Shown here: positions 29,994 to 39,336 of the stretch, in pieces
How positions within the stretch are numbered: the first letter of the stretch is position 1
Layout: every line of letters starts with the position of its first letter
Assembly: GCA_965209155.1 (NCBI GenBank)
Contig: OZ242383.1
Location: 2,624,001-2,688,000, forward strand
DNA from: a bacterium
GTDB taxonomy: Bacteria > SAR324 > NAC60-12
Direction of reading: 5' to 3'
DNA: 64,000 nt
Position numbers and translations under genes: made by a program
The notes under the pieces: generated by a model
Seen by the model: the letters and a program-made list of their open reading frames with translations, nothing else
The model's database searches: none
What the model was told of the DNA's origin: nothing

Positions 29994-30479
29994 TCAGATT
30001 GCTTTCTTTGAAAGAGAGGGATCGTCTCTTTCATGAGAAGCGCTTTCCAACAAATTCGAATCGTGGACTGTGATTTTTTCGGAATCCTCGTTGTTGGATT
30101 TTCCATTCACTGCAATCAGTTTTTTAGGAGTTTCATAGGTGAAACATTGTCCTTCAATCACCGCCCCTTCATGGATGATCAGTTTCCCGGGAGGATTGGA
30201 GATGTTTCCCACAATATGCCCTTTCGCAAGCACCTCCAATTGATCCCTGGTAATCAAACTTCCTTCGACTATACCATTCACGATCACTCGCTCTGCATGG
30301 ATAGTGGCCATTATGGTGGCAGAAGGTCCAATTGTCACTTCACTTTGACAATCGATATCACCATGAACTTCTCCATCTATGCGAATCGCGCCGGAACAAC
30401 GAAGTTTCCCTTCGATTTTCATCCCATTGCCCACATACGTGGTGGCCTCCCTACTTGACTTTCTTTTGTTCGTAAACAA
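29994..30479 (-). CDS. Bactofilin (polymer-forming cytoskeletal protein)
   Basis: IEGKL..IRIDGEVHGDI..VIVNGIVEG..LIIHEGAVIEG repeats. Confidence 0.9.
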   Translation of the reverse strand: MFTNKRKSSREATTYVGNGMKIEGKLRCSGAIRIDGEVHGDIDCQSEVTIGPSATIMATIHAERVIVNGIVEGSLITRDQLEVLAKGHIVGNISNPPGKLIIHEGAVIEGQCFTYETPKKLIAVNGKSNNEDSEKITVHDSNLLESASHERDDPSLSKKAI

Positions 30480-30542
30480 AATTGTCTCCTCTGCAAACCA
30501 ATTTGTAATAAGAGGGTCTATTCCGCACTGGTAAATTTTAAT

Positions 30543-31092
30543 TAATCTGATTAAACCACCAGCTCTGCTGGTGCGAACCTAATAGGCTTTGCCGGTCAGA
30601 CATGAGAAACGTATCCGTGTCCGTTAGCCGTGCTCGTGAACGGTCAGTGAATTCGACGGCACATTTTGGTTAACATAGAAACAATGCGATGAAGTAACTG
30701 TTTCCCTTCGTCAAATAAAGGAGGCTGGATGATCTTCAACACGTTTAAAACATCGAGAATAGCAGCGCATTCCATTGCGGAACCTCGGGCAAACGCATAG
30801 AATCGTTGCTTGTCAGGAAAGGAATTATTTCCACAGCCTTCTGCGATATTGAGAGGAATCGACCATGAGGCCCTTTTCAGTTGGTCAACTAAGGCTGAGT
30901 ATTCTTTTGGCAATGTTTCGATGACTTGGACAGATAACGCCAAAAATTCGATGGAACATTGGTATACATCGAGTTTTTCATGATCTAACATGGCAGCCTT
31001 TTTCGTTCACGAGCACGTCTTACGATGACGAACACGTTTTGCCCTCATACTGGGGGCCTCTTCAAGCCACCGGCTCTGAAGGTGGTGATGAC
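30543..31092 (+). mobile_element. IS200/IS605-end element, copy 6 (550 bp, carries four-helix-bundle gene)
   Basis: TTAAT target; both arms one hexamer shorter; right hairpin mutated (GAAGGTGG). Confidence 0.88.
30644..30991 (-). CDS. Four-helix-bundle protein, third copy
   Basis: Near-identical to 11493-11840. Confidence 0.88.
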   Translation of the reverse strand: MLDHEKLDVYQCSIEFLALSVQVIETLPKEYSALVDQLKRASWSIPLNIAEGCGNNSFPDKQRFYAFARGSAMECAAILDVLNVLKIIQPPLFDEGKQLLHRIVSMLTKMCRRIH

Positions 31093-31208
31093 TGTCGGAC
31101 AATGTATTTATATACAAGAGATAATGGAGAATATGCAAACTACTTTTTTAGAAACTGGTGTTTCGTGAACAAAATTTGCTAAGAATTCATTTGGGATTCA
31201 ATGGAGAG

Positions 31209-31379
31209 AGGCACAAAGGGAAGAGAGGCACACAAGCACAAAGGCACAAAGGCACAAAGGGAAGAGAGGCACACAGGCGCGAAGAAAGGCACAAAGGCAC
31301 AAAGGGAAGAGAGGCATAAAGGCACACAGGCACAAAGGCACAAAGGGAAGAGAGGCATAAAGGCACAAAGGCACAAAGG
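31209..31379. repeat. Purine-skewed tandem array of GGCACAAA-like octamers punctuated by GGGAAGAGA
   Basis: About 16 octamers and 4 nonamers read directly from the sequence. Confidence 0.92.
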
Positions 31380-31522
31380 TGACTGAGGAGCTCTATGGAT
31401 TGAGCAGTCAAATCAGACGGTGCGCAGTTTCCGGTTGGAGACCTTGAGGATGGCAAAAAAACCTGTTAAGACTTTTTTATCGAATGCATTTTTCAAACCC
31501 GTGACGATGGAGGTTCAGCATC

Positions 31523-32959
31523 ATGGCAAAAAATATCACACCGAGAGCCAAAAATTATTCTCAATGGTACCTGGATGTCATCAAAGCCGGACAGCTTGCT
31601 GACTATGCGCCAGTGAAAGGCTGTATGGTGATTCGACCAACCGGCTATGCTTTGTGGGAAGCCATGCAGGCGCAATTGGATCGAATGTTCAAGGAAACGG
31701 GACATGTCAATGCGTATTTCCCATTATTGATACCACAGAGTTTTTTGGATAAAGAAGCGAATCATGTGGAGGGTTTCAGTCCGGAATGCGCCGTGGTGAC
31801 TCATGGGGGTGGACGTGAACTGGAGGAAGCATTGGTGGTGCGTCCGACTTCGGAAACAGTCATCGGTCACATGTATTCCCGGTGGGTCAACAGTTATCGT
31901 GACCTTCCGGTATTGATCAATCAGTGGTGCAACGTGTTGCGTTGGGAAATGCGGACGCGCTTGTTTTTGAGAACCTCGGAATTTTTATGGCAAGAAGGGC
32001 ACACGGCCCATGAGACATATGAAGAAGCCCAGGAAGAAACGCTGAAGATGCTGGAAATCTATCGAAAATTTCAAGAGGAGTACTTAGCCATTCCAGTGAT
32101 CAAGGGGCAAAAAACGGAATCTGAAAAATTTCCCGGCGCGGACGCGACCTATACGGTGGAAGCCATGATGCAGGATGGCAAAGCCTTGCAGGCTGGCACG
32201 TCGCACAACATGCAGCAAAATTTCGCCAGGGCCTTCAATATTCAATTCCTGGGGCGCGACAATGAACGCCAATACGCCTACACGACCAGTTGGGGTTGTT
32301 CAACCCGTATGATAGGTGGTCTGATCATGACGCACGGTGACGACGATGGCCTGATCATTCCTCCCCGGATTGCGCCGGTCGTGGTGGCGATTGTTCCCAT
32401 TATCACGAAGGAAAAAGACAAATGTTCCGTCATCGAATTTGCCGAGACTCTGCGCAAGCTCCTTGCGGAGCGCATCGATCCGTTACGCATTAAAGTAGAC
32501 CTTCGGGATATGCGCCCCAGCGACAAATTTTTCTACTGGATTCAGCAAGGGGTTCCTCTACGCATCGAAGTGGGACCCCGGGATGCGCAAAATAAGGTCG
32601 GGGTGTTGGTCAGGCGTGACAACCGTCAAAAACAGGTAGTCCCGGTCGACTCGATTGCAGCAACGGTGATGACCACCCTGGAAGCCATACAAGGAGCCCT
32701 CTACCAGACTGCCTTTCAATTTCATGAAGAAAACACCACGTCGGTGAGCAGCTACGGGGAATTCAAGGAAGCGTTGGAAGAAAAGGGAGGATTCATCCGA
32801 GCGCACTGGAATGGATCGGCCGAAACGGAAGCGCGGATCAAGGAAGAAACAAAGGCTACTATCCGCTGTATCCCGTTGGAAGAAGATCCTCGACCCGGCC
32901 CATGTTTCCTCACCAATGAGCCTTCTGAGCGGGAAGTGGTCTTTGCTATTGCTTACTGA
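31523..32959 (+). CDS. proS: Prolyl-tRNA synthetase (archaeal/eukaryote-like type)
   Basis: RPTSET, RWEMRTRLFLRTSEFLWQEGHT, QAGTSH, C-terminal AY. Confidence 0.97.
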   Translation: MAKNITPRAKNYSQWYLDVIKAGQLADYAPVKGCMVIRPTGYALWEAMQAQLDRMFKETGHVNAYFPLLIPQSFLDKEANHVEGFSPECAVVTHGGGRELEEALVVRPTSETVIGHMYSRWVNSYRDLPVLINQWCNVLRWEMRTRLFLRTSEFLWQEGHTAHETYEEAQEETLKMLEIYRKFQEEYLAIPVIKGQKTESEKFPGADATYTVEAMMQDGKALQAGTSHNMQQNFARAFNIQFLGRDNERQYAYTTSWGCSTRMIGGLIMTHGDDDGLIIPPRIAPVVVAIVPIITKEKDKCSVIEFAETLRKLLAERIDPLRIKVDLRDMRPSDKFFYWIQQGVPLRIEVGPRDAQNKVGVLVRRDNRQKQVVPVDSIAATVMTTLEAIQGALYQTAFQFHEENTTSVSSYGEFKEALEEKGGFIRAHWNGSAETEARIKEETKATIRCIPLEEDPRPGPCFLTNEPSEREVVFAIAY

Positions 32960-34577
32960 AGGTCGAAATCCGTCCTTTCTGGTGCAGGCGATTTTCGCCA
33001 TCCAATCGTCCTAAGGGATAGCGATCCAAGTCCACAAATTTTATATATTGAGCTAAAAGCGGATGGACCTCCTGCACTTTGCGGAATAGTTCTTGAGCTA
33101 CCCTGCGATAATTTTCGTGTCCTTGAGGTGTACTGCGTAATTCAATGAGCCATGTCAATGCTCTCAGGTTGATGCGCATGTACCAACGAATATTGTAAGA
33201 AAGCGGAACCACGTATTGGGCTTCAATGGGAAAGTCCACAGCAATGGTTTCGTAAGCATGCTCCGCTGCTCTCATGCCATCCCGGTAGGCTTTCGCAACT
33301 CCGGCAGCTTCTATTTCCGGCGGCATGTGGTAGCCTAAGCGCGTGGAAAGCAATTGCCGTTCCTGCGTGAGCATCCGGTGGCGTTGAAGGTCGCGATACA
33401 TACCATAGTCCCCCTGGATATCGAATGTGTAATATACCATTTCCAGTTCCCGGCCGGGTTTATGCCGGCGATTTTCCCGCAAGGCCACGCTGCACTGAAT
33501 GATTTTCTCTTTTTCTGTCGGAGAAAGGCGGTCCACGACTCTTCTGATTTGTGAAAGCGACTGGCTGGTATGGGGATAGAGCATCGCGGCGAGCAATTTG
33601 GTTTCCGCATCGGGATCATAATCGATCAATCGTACGGTTTCCGCATTTTGCACGGGCATCTCCGGCAAGTACGTCGCAGCCAATTCGCTGGCCAACTTCG
33701 TTGTTTTAAAGGAAAAGTCTCGATAACTTTTGAAGTGACGGTGCTGCCAGTGAGCACGGCGCACAAAGGAGGGTATGGTTTTGCGCAGTTCTGTGTAGGT
33801 TCCGTGGGCGGTCTCTCGCAATTCGGAGAGAGGGTAGGTTTGCAGTTTGGAAAGTAAGGCTTCGAAAAAACGACCATTGCCAAAAATCCCCATGTTGGTC
33901 AAAGTAGAGGCTGGCAAAAGTCCACGGATGACATCGAATACTTTGGCACGAACCGAACGATTGTAAGATCCCTCATCCATGCTCTCTTCTCGTGGCATCC
34001 AATGCCGGACATAAGTACTGACGGGTTCAAAAAGACTGGCGTAGGTGTCGAACAAGTTTCGATTGGTTTCCAAGTAGAGGGATCTGTGGGAGGAATTCAG
34101 TAGTTTCGGGTCTTTGTAGTACAAATAGTCATCGCCGGCTTTTTTACTGAAAGTCACATAGCGAGTTGATTTTTCCAGGGGGGAGCCTCCAATACGGGCA
34201 TCCTGAATGTGTTTGGTGGCCAGGATTGATATGTTTTCGATGGCCAGGTGCGCGCCTCCCAATTCTCCTATCGAATCATCACCGTAGCCATCCAATATGC
34301 GATCATAGAAGTCCTGAGCTCGTTCGATGGCCAATGCATCTTCGTTCCATTCCTCAATTTTACTCCGGATTTTCTGGAGGGCGGAATCCCTGTTTTGAAT
34401 GAATTCTTTGAGCAAAAGGCGTCTCAGCCCCAGGGTGGAGCGTGAATAGCGGGAAAATAAAGCTCCCTTTATCACCTCGGGAAGGTTTTTCAATACGAAA
34501 ATGGATTGATCAGTATTGGTCACGTAAGGAGCAAGTAAAGCTTGTTCCTCAGGAGTGAATTGCTCGTGTGTCCGCAT
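32946..34577 (-). CDS. thyX: FAD-dependent thymidylate synthase, long tandem-domain form
   Basis: ALFSRYSRS, GYGDDSIGELGG, EKSTRY, YRDLQRHR, ELRS..QGH. Confidence 0.9.
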   Translation of the reverse strand: MRTHEQFTPEEQALLAPYVTNTDQSIFVLKNLPEVIKGALFSRYSRSTLGLRRLLLKEFIQNRDSALQKIRSKIEEWNEDALAIERAQDFYDRILDGYGDDSIGELGGAHLAIENISILATKHIQDARIGGSPLEKSTRYVTFSKKAGDDYLYYKDPKLLNSSHRSLYLETNRNLFDTYASLFEPVSTYVRHWMPREESMDEGSYNRSVRAKVFDVIRGLLPASTLTNMGIFGNGRFFEALLSKLQTYPLSELRETAHGTYTELRKTIPSFVRRAHWQHRHFKSYRDFSFKTTKLASELAATYLPEMPVQNAETVRLIDYDPDAETKLLAAMLYPHTSQSLSQIRRVVDRLSPTEKEKIIQCSVALRENRRHKPGRELEMVYYTFDIQGDYGMYRDLQRHRMLTQERQLLSTRLGYHMPPEIEAAGVAKAYRDGMRAAEHAYETIAVDFPIEAQYVVPLSYNIRWYMRINLRALTWLIELRSTPQGHENYRRVAQELFRKVQEVHPLLAQYIKFVDLDRYPLGRLDGENRLHQKGRISTFSKQ

Positions 34578-34597
34578 GAACCGGTTCAGAACATCGA

Positions 34598-35167
34598 TCA
34601 GGTGGTAGGAATACCATGCGAATTGGGCAGCGCTTCCTCTGTCTTGGGAAGCGGAATGTTGGTATATTTGGTTTCCTGGTTGGGTTTGTAGGTATCCTTC
34701 AACAAATCACGAGTATAATCAAAACGATCGCGTGAAGAGTAAGCCATGGCGATGACGCCGGTATCCATGCGGATTGCCTCTTTCGGGCAGGCCTCCACGC
34801 ACAGTCCGCAAAAAATACAACGCAATTCATCGATGTCGAAGACCACCGGATATTTTTCAATCGATAAATCCGGATGATCGCCTGATTCGATATAGATACA
34901 CTGGGCGGGACAAATCGTTTCACACATGTAACAAGCGACGCATTTGATGAAACCATCTTCCCGTCTCGTCAAGCGATGTCTTCCCCTCCATCGCGGAGAT
35001 ACCGGACGTTGTTCCTCGGGATACTGGATCGTCACCACGTCTTTGGCACCAAACAAATTTCTTAAGAAATGACGTATGGTCAAACGCAGACCATTTAAAA
35101 TGGCGATCAGGTAAACGGCTTCCTGAATACCGTCAACGCGTTTTACGGTTTTTACTTTGAATTCCAT
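34598..35167 (-). CDS. nuoI: NADH-quinone oxidoreductase subunit I
   Basis: CVACYMCETICP and CIFCGLCVEACP. Confidence 0.95.
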   Translation of the reverse strand: MEFKVKTVKRVDGIQEAVYLIAILNGLRLTIRHFLRNLFGAKDVVTIQYPEEQRPVSPRWRGRHRLTRREDGFIKCVACYMCETICPAQCIYIESGDHPDLSIEKYPVVFDIDELRCIFCGLCVEACPKEAIRMDTGVIAMAYSSRDRFDYTRDLLKDTYKPNQETKYTNIPLPKTEEALPNSHGIPTT

Positions 35168-35219
35168 GATTTATGCTCGTTCGTATTGGAAAAGAGAAGA
35201 TACGCTTACATCAAAAAGT

Positions 35220-36302
35220 TCAATTGACCGCCAGGATAATGACGGCGGTGACCAGTACGTTCCCTAAAGAAAGCGGTAGTAATTTTTTCCACCCCAAGGC
35301 CATGGTTTGATCAAAACGGAACTTGGGAATCGTCCAACGTATTTGCAACTGCAGCCAACAGAAAAGAATTGTGAGTATGGAAAATTTGCTGATTTGCAAC
35401 AACGTGATGAGCCATTGGGGAGCGCTTTCCCACAAATGAATCCAGGGAATGTGGTAGCCTCCCAGAAACAGTGTCACCATCAAGACCGCAACCCCGACCA
35501 CGGCGACATATTCCGCCAACATGAAGGCCGCAAAACGCATTCCCGAATATTCCAGGAAATAACCCGCTACGATTTCCGATTCTCCCTCCGGAGCATCAAA
35601 TGGCGCGCGTTTGGTTTCGGCAATCATGGCAACAAAAAAAAGCACGAACCCCAAAGGTTGCGTAAAAATCCCCCATTTGGGAATTAAATCGCCAAACCAA
35701 TAGGTGTTTTGCCCATCCACAATCACGCTGATTTGAGTCGACTCGTAAACCATGAATATTCCCAGCAAGGAAAGACCGATGAAGACTTCGTAGGACAACA
35801 TTTGAGAAGAGGCCCGGGTTCCTCCGAGCAGGGCGAATTTGCTATTGGAACTCGCGCCGGCCAAAACGGAACCATAGACGCCGAGCGAAGTGATTGCGAA
35901 GATATAGAGGAGACCGGGTTCCACGTCGGTTATTTGAAAGGTGAAATCCCCGATGGGACCGGCAAAAGGAATGATGGCAAAAGTCGCCATACCGGCAGCA
36001 AAGCCAAAGTAAGGAGCAATCGTAAATAAAAAACGATCTGCACCTTGCGGGATGAAATCTTCTTTAAAAAAAGATTTCAATCCGTCTGCAGCGATATGCA
36101 CCGCACCGCGTCCTCGAAAATTGTCCAGAAAAGGAATATTGGCCCTATTGGGCCCCACACGATCCTGAATCATGGCGCTCCATTTGCGCTCCATCAGCGT
36201 CAGAACCGTGGCCAGGGGCATGACGAACAGAAAAATGATGACGACGATTTTGAGAATCGTCTGGACTATAGGAATCAGAAGGATGCTGATTATGACGCTC
36301 AT
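35220..36302 (-). CDS. nuoH: NADH-quinone oxidoreductase subunit H
   Basis: ERK..A.IQDRVGPNR, AETKRAPFD.PEGESE. Confidence 0.96.
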   Translation of the reverse strand: MSVIISILLIPIVQTILKIVVIIFLFVMPLATVLTLMERKWSAMIQDRVGPNRANIPFLDNFRGRGAVHIAADGLKSFFKEDFIPQGADRFLFTIAPYFGFAAGMATFAIIPFAGPIGDFTFQITDVEPGLLYIFAITSLGVYGSVLAGASSNSKFALLGGTRASSQMLSYEVFIGLSLLGIFMVYESTQISVIVDGQNTYWFGDLIPKWGIFTQPLGFVLFFVAMIAETKRAPFDAPEGESEIVAGYFLEYSGMRFAAFMLAEYVAVVGVAVLMVTLFLGGYHIPWIHLWESAPQWLITLLQISKFSILTILFCWLQLQIRWTIPKFRFDQTMALGWKKLLPLSLGNVLVTAVIILAVN

Positions 36303-36403
36303 ACGAAATAAAATCTCCCACGCTTATTTTGAAACGATTGGGCAGGAATCCTCGAAAACCGAGAACAAAGTGATTCCACCCTTCCATAGTGAAAAACATG
36401 CAG

Positions 36404-37624
36404 TCAGCGGTCCAGTTCTCCTCCAATCATATTGACGGACCCGAATATAGGTACGATATCCGCAACGTATTCGCCCTTACACATGTGTGGCATCGCAGCG
36501 ACGTAGTTGAAACAGGGTGGGCGGACGCGGCACTTGACGGGTTGACCGGAACCATCGGAAACCAGGTAGTATCCGAGTTCACCGTTTCCTCCTTCCGTGG
36601 GCATATAAACCTCTCCTGCCGGAGGAAGATGCCCTTCCATCACGATTTTAAAATGGTCAATCAAACCTTCGATGTCGCCAAACACCTGTTTCTTATCCGG
36701 TAGAGAGAGTCGGCGGTCGTCGACTGCGATCGGACCTGCAGGCATTTTGTCAGAGGCTTGTTCAATGATGGAAATGCTTTGCCACATTTCCTCCATGCGT
36801 ACCAGGTATCGATCAAAGCAATCTCCCACGGTGCCTACCGGGATTTCAAAATCCAGTTCGTCGTAGACCGAATAACTGTCTGCGCGACGAACGTCATAGG
36901 GAACGCCACAAGCCCGTAACATGGGACCCGTAAAGCCAAAAGATATTGCGTCTTCCTTTGAGATGGTTCCCACGTCCTTGACCCGGTCGATAAAAATTTT
37001 ATTGCGGGTCAACAAAGCATCGCATTCCCTTAAAATCCCTTTGATTTCTGCCAGCCGTTTGTCCAACTCTTGTAGAAATCCGTCAGGTATATCCGTGGCG
37101 TTTCCCCCAAATCGGGTCCAATTGGTAGTCAGACGGGCCCCTGTGACTTGCTCTACCAACTCCCACAGGTACTCTCGCGCTTTGATGAACCAAAGAAAAA
37201 ACGTGAACGCGCCCACTTCCATAGCAGCTGCGCCTACGCATGTCAGGTGGTCGGTAATACGCGAAATTTCGCCCATGATGACGCGGGTGAACTGGGCACG
37301 TCGAGGTGCTTCCACCCCGAATAGTTTTTCCACTCCCTCGGCAAATCCAATGTTGCAAAGGAGAGGGGAGACATAATTCAGGCGATCCGTGTAGGGTGTG
37401 ATCTGGATCCACTTGGAATTTTCTGACTCTTTCTCAAACCCCCGGTGCAGGTAACCTATATCCGGCACCATATCGACAATCTCTTCTCCATCGATCCAGG
37501 TTGTGAAGCGCACGATACCATGCATCGCCGGGTGGGCTGGTCCGATTTCGATCATCATCGTGGAAGCATCTGCTTGCTCTTGTGGATTTTCAGGAGGAAT
37601 TTGGTGATGCAATGCTTCTTCCAT
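36404..37624 (-). CDS. nuoD: NADH-quinone oxidoreductase subunit D
   Basis: GPAHPAMHG, GYLHRGFEK, DRLNY, GELDR. Confidence 0.96.
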   Translation of the reverse strand: MEEALHHQIPPENPQEQADASTMMIEIGPAHPAMHGIVRFTTWIDGEEIVDMVPDIGYLHRGFEKESENSKWIQITPYTDRLNYVSPLLCNIGFAEGVEKLFGVEAPRRAQFTRVIMGEISRITDHLTCVGAAAMEVGAFTFFLWFIKAREYLWELVEQVTGARLTTNWTRFGGNATDIPDGFLQELDKRLAEIKGILRECDALLTRNKIFIDRVKDVGTISKEDAISFGFTGPMLRACGVPYDVRRADSYSVYDELDFEIPVGTVGDCFDRYLVRMEEMWQSISIIEQASDKMPAGPIAVDDRRLSLPDKKQVFGDIEGLIDHFKIVMEGHLPPAGEVYMPTEGGNGELGYYLVSDGSGQPVKCRVRPPCFNYVAAMPHMCKGEYVADIVPIFGSVNMIGGELDR

Positions 37625-38151
37625 TAAGACCTTTTGTAATCGTGACGTTCATGGACGACCCGCATTTCAACCAGCGGTTGCTCTTTATCCGTGGGATAAT
37701 CTTTGCGAAGCGGGAATCCCTCAAATTCAGGATACATGAGAATCCGTTTCAAATTGGGGTGATTTTTAAAGACGATGCCATACATATCATAACATTCCCT
37801 TTCATACCAATCCACGGACCGCCACAACGAGTGAATCGAATCGATTTCGCACGAATCCTCCGGGACACGTACTTTCAGCCGTAAACGGTGATTCAGGCTG
37901 AGTGATTTAAAATGATAAACAATCTCGAATCGTGGCTGCTCATTAAGATAATCCACGGCAGTCAAATCGACCATCATCTCCATCTTGCAACGTTCGTCGT
38001 CTCTTAAGAATTGACATACCGGAAAAATTTGATTGTGTTCAATCAAAACCGTTTCATCCCCACGGTGTTTATGAGAATCCTGCACGGTCCCGGGAAATTG
38101 CTCATTCAATAACTGAGAGAGAATTCCCATTTCTTGCGATGTGGTGGACAT
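37624..38151 (-). CDS. nuoC: NADH-quinone oxidoreductase subunit C
   Basis: DLTAVDY, WYERECYDMYGI, PLRKDYP. Confidence 0.95.
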   Translation of the reverse strand: MSTTSQEMGILSQLLNEQFPGTVQDSHKHRGDETVLIEHNQIFPVCQFLRDDERCKMEMMVDLTAVDYLNEQPRFEIVYHFKSLSLNHRLRLKVRVPEDSCEIDSIHSLWRSVDWYERECYDMYGIVFKNHPNLKRILMYPEFEGFPLRKDYPTDKEQPLVEMRVVHERHDYKRS

Positions 38152-38171
38152 AGTGACAATTTGGAACTTAA

Positions 38172-38738
38172 TTAACGGCTGAGCATGAGGGTTTCTTTTA
38201 CTTCTTCCGGATTTTTCCTGGATGCGTAGCGGGGAGGGGCGTCCTGCAAGGGATTGATACCGCTAAAGCCACGCGGACCTTTTGCCTGGATGCGATTTTG
38301 CAACTCGATGATGGCATCGAGCACCGCCTCGGGGCGGGGTGGACATCCGGCAATATATGTATCCACCGGAACGATCCGGTCAATTCCCTGCACTACGGAG
38401 TAGTTTTGATAAAATCCTCCTGACGCGGCGCATGCGCCAAATGCGACCACCCATTTGGGATGGGGCATTTGTTCATAAATTGTTTTCAGAATCGGTGCCA
38501 TTTTGTGCGTGATAGTTCCCACGACAAACAATAAATCCGCTTGCCGGGGGGAAAATCGAGGAATTTCCGCACCAAAGCGGGAGATATCATAATGAGAACA
38601 CGCCGACGCCATGTATTCCATACCACAACATGCCGTTACGAAAGGATAGTTGAAGAGTGAAAATTTTCGGGACCAATTGATTACCGAGTCCACGGTGGTG
38701 GCCATAAATCCATCTTGAAATTGTGTTTCTACTCCCAT
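38172..38738 (-). CDS. nuoB: NADH-quinone oxidoreductase subunit B
   Basis: TACCGMEY, SPRQAD, GACA, GCPPRPE; start reassigned to MGVETQ. Confidence 0.95.
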   Translation of the reverse strand: MGVETQFQDGFMATTVDSVINWSRKFSLFNYPFVTACCGMEYMASACSHYDISRFGAEIPRFSPRQADLLFVVGTITHKMAPILKTIYEQMPHPKWVVAFGACAASGGFYQNYSVVQGIDRIVPVDTYIAGCPPRPEAVLDAIIELQNRIQAKGPRGFSGINPLQDAPPRYASRKNPEEVKETLMLSR

Positions 38739-39088
38739 TCCAATGCTCCTTTTTTCCAAACGTAAACCAAGCCAATCAGCAAAAGCGCGATAAAGACAAA
38801 ACACTCTGCAAAGCCAAACCATCCCATTTCCCGAAACTTCACCGCCCAAGGATAGAGAAAGACGATTTCCACATCAAAAATCAAGAAAATAAGGGCGGTC
38901 ATATAAAATTTCACGTCATAACGCTGTCCCACTAACCCCTGCGAGGCCAAACCACTTTCAAAGGGCAATTCTTTTTGTATTCCTCTTCGCTTTGGACCCA
39001 ACAAAATTCCGGCAAGGGTAAATATGGTCGCGAACACCAATCCCAGCACAATCAAAATCAGGATAGGCAAATACTCCGTGGCGATCAT
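38729..39088 (-). CDS. nuoA: NADH-quinone oxidoreductase subunit A
   Basis: PFESG, FLIFDVE, WKKGALEW. Confidence 0.95.
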   Translation of the reverse strand: MIATEYLPILILIVLGLVFATIFTLAGILLGPKRRGIQKELPFESGLASQGLVGQRYDVKFYMTALIFLIFDVEIVFLYPWAVKFREMGWFGFAECFVFIALLLIGLVYVWKKGALEWE

Positions 39089-39336
39089 CCGATGTTCCTC
39101 TTGTAACAAATTGAAGGGATATCCTTCAGCGTGTCATTCCAACTCCAATATCCTTTTTGGAAATCTTAAAAAGACTTTATCCCATCGAACGCAGCGATTG
39201 TCAACTCATTTGCATGCATTTATTAAAATTTTTTCTTCAATGCTTGCAGGTGTATCTTAACCTTAACAAAAAGGCTCTTGACAAATTTCGAGGGAAAGGT
39301 AGCTTGAGTTCTTTTTTATTTATAAGGAGAGAAACT

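Noticed and set aside
31209..31379. CRISPR array or protein-coding ORFs in the octamer tract
   Set aside because: No unique spacers and no cas genes; the ORFs are low-complexity translations of the repeat
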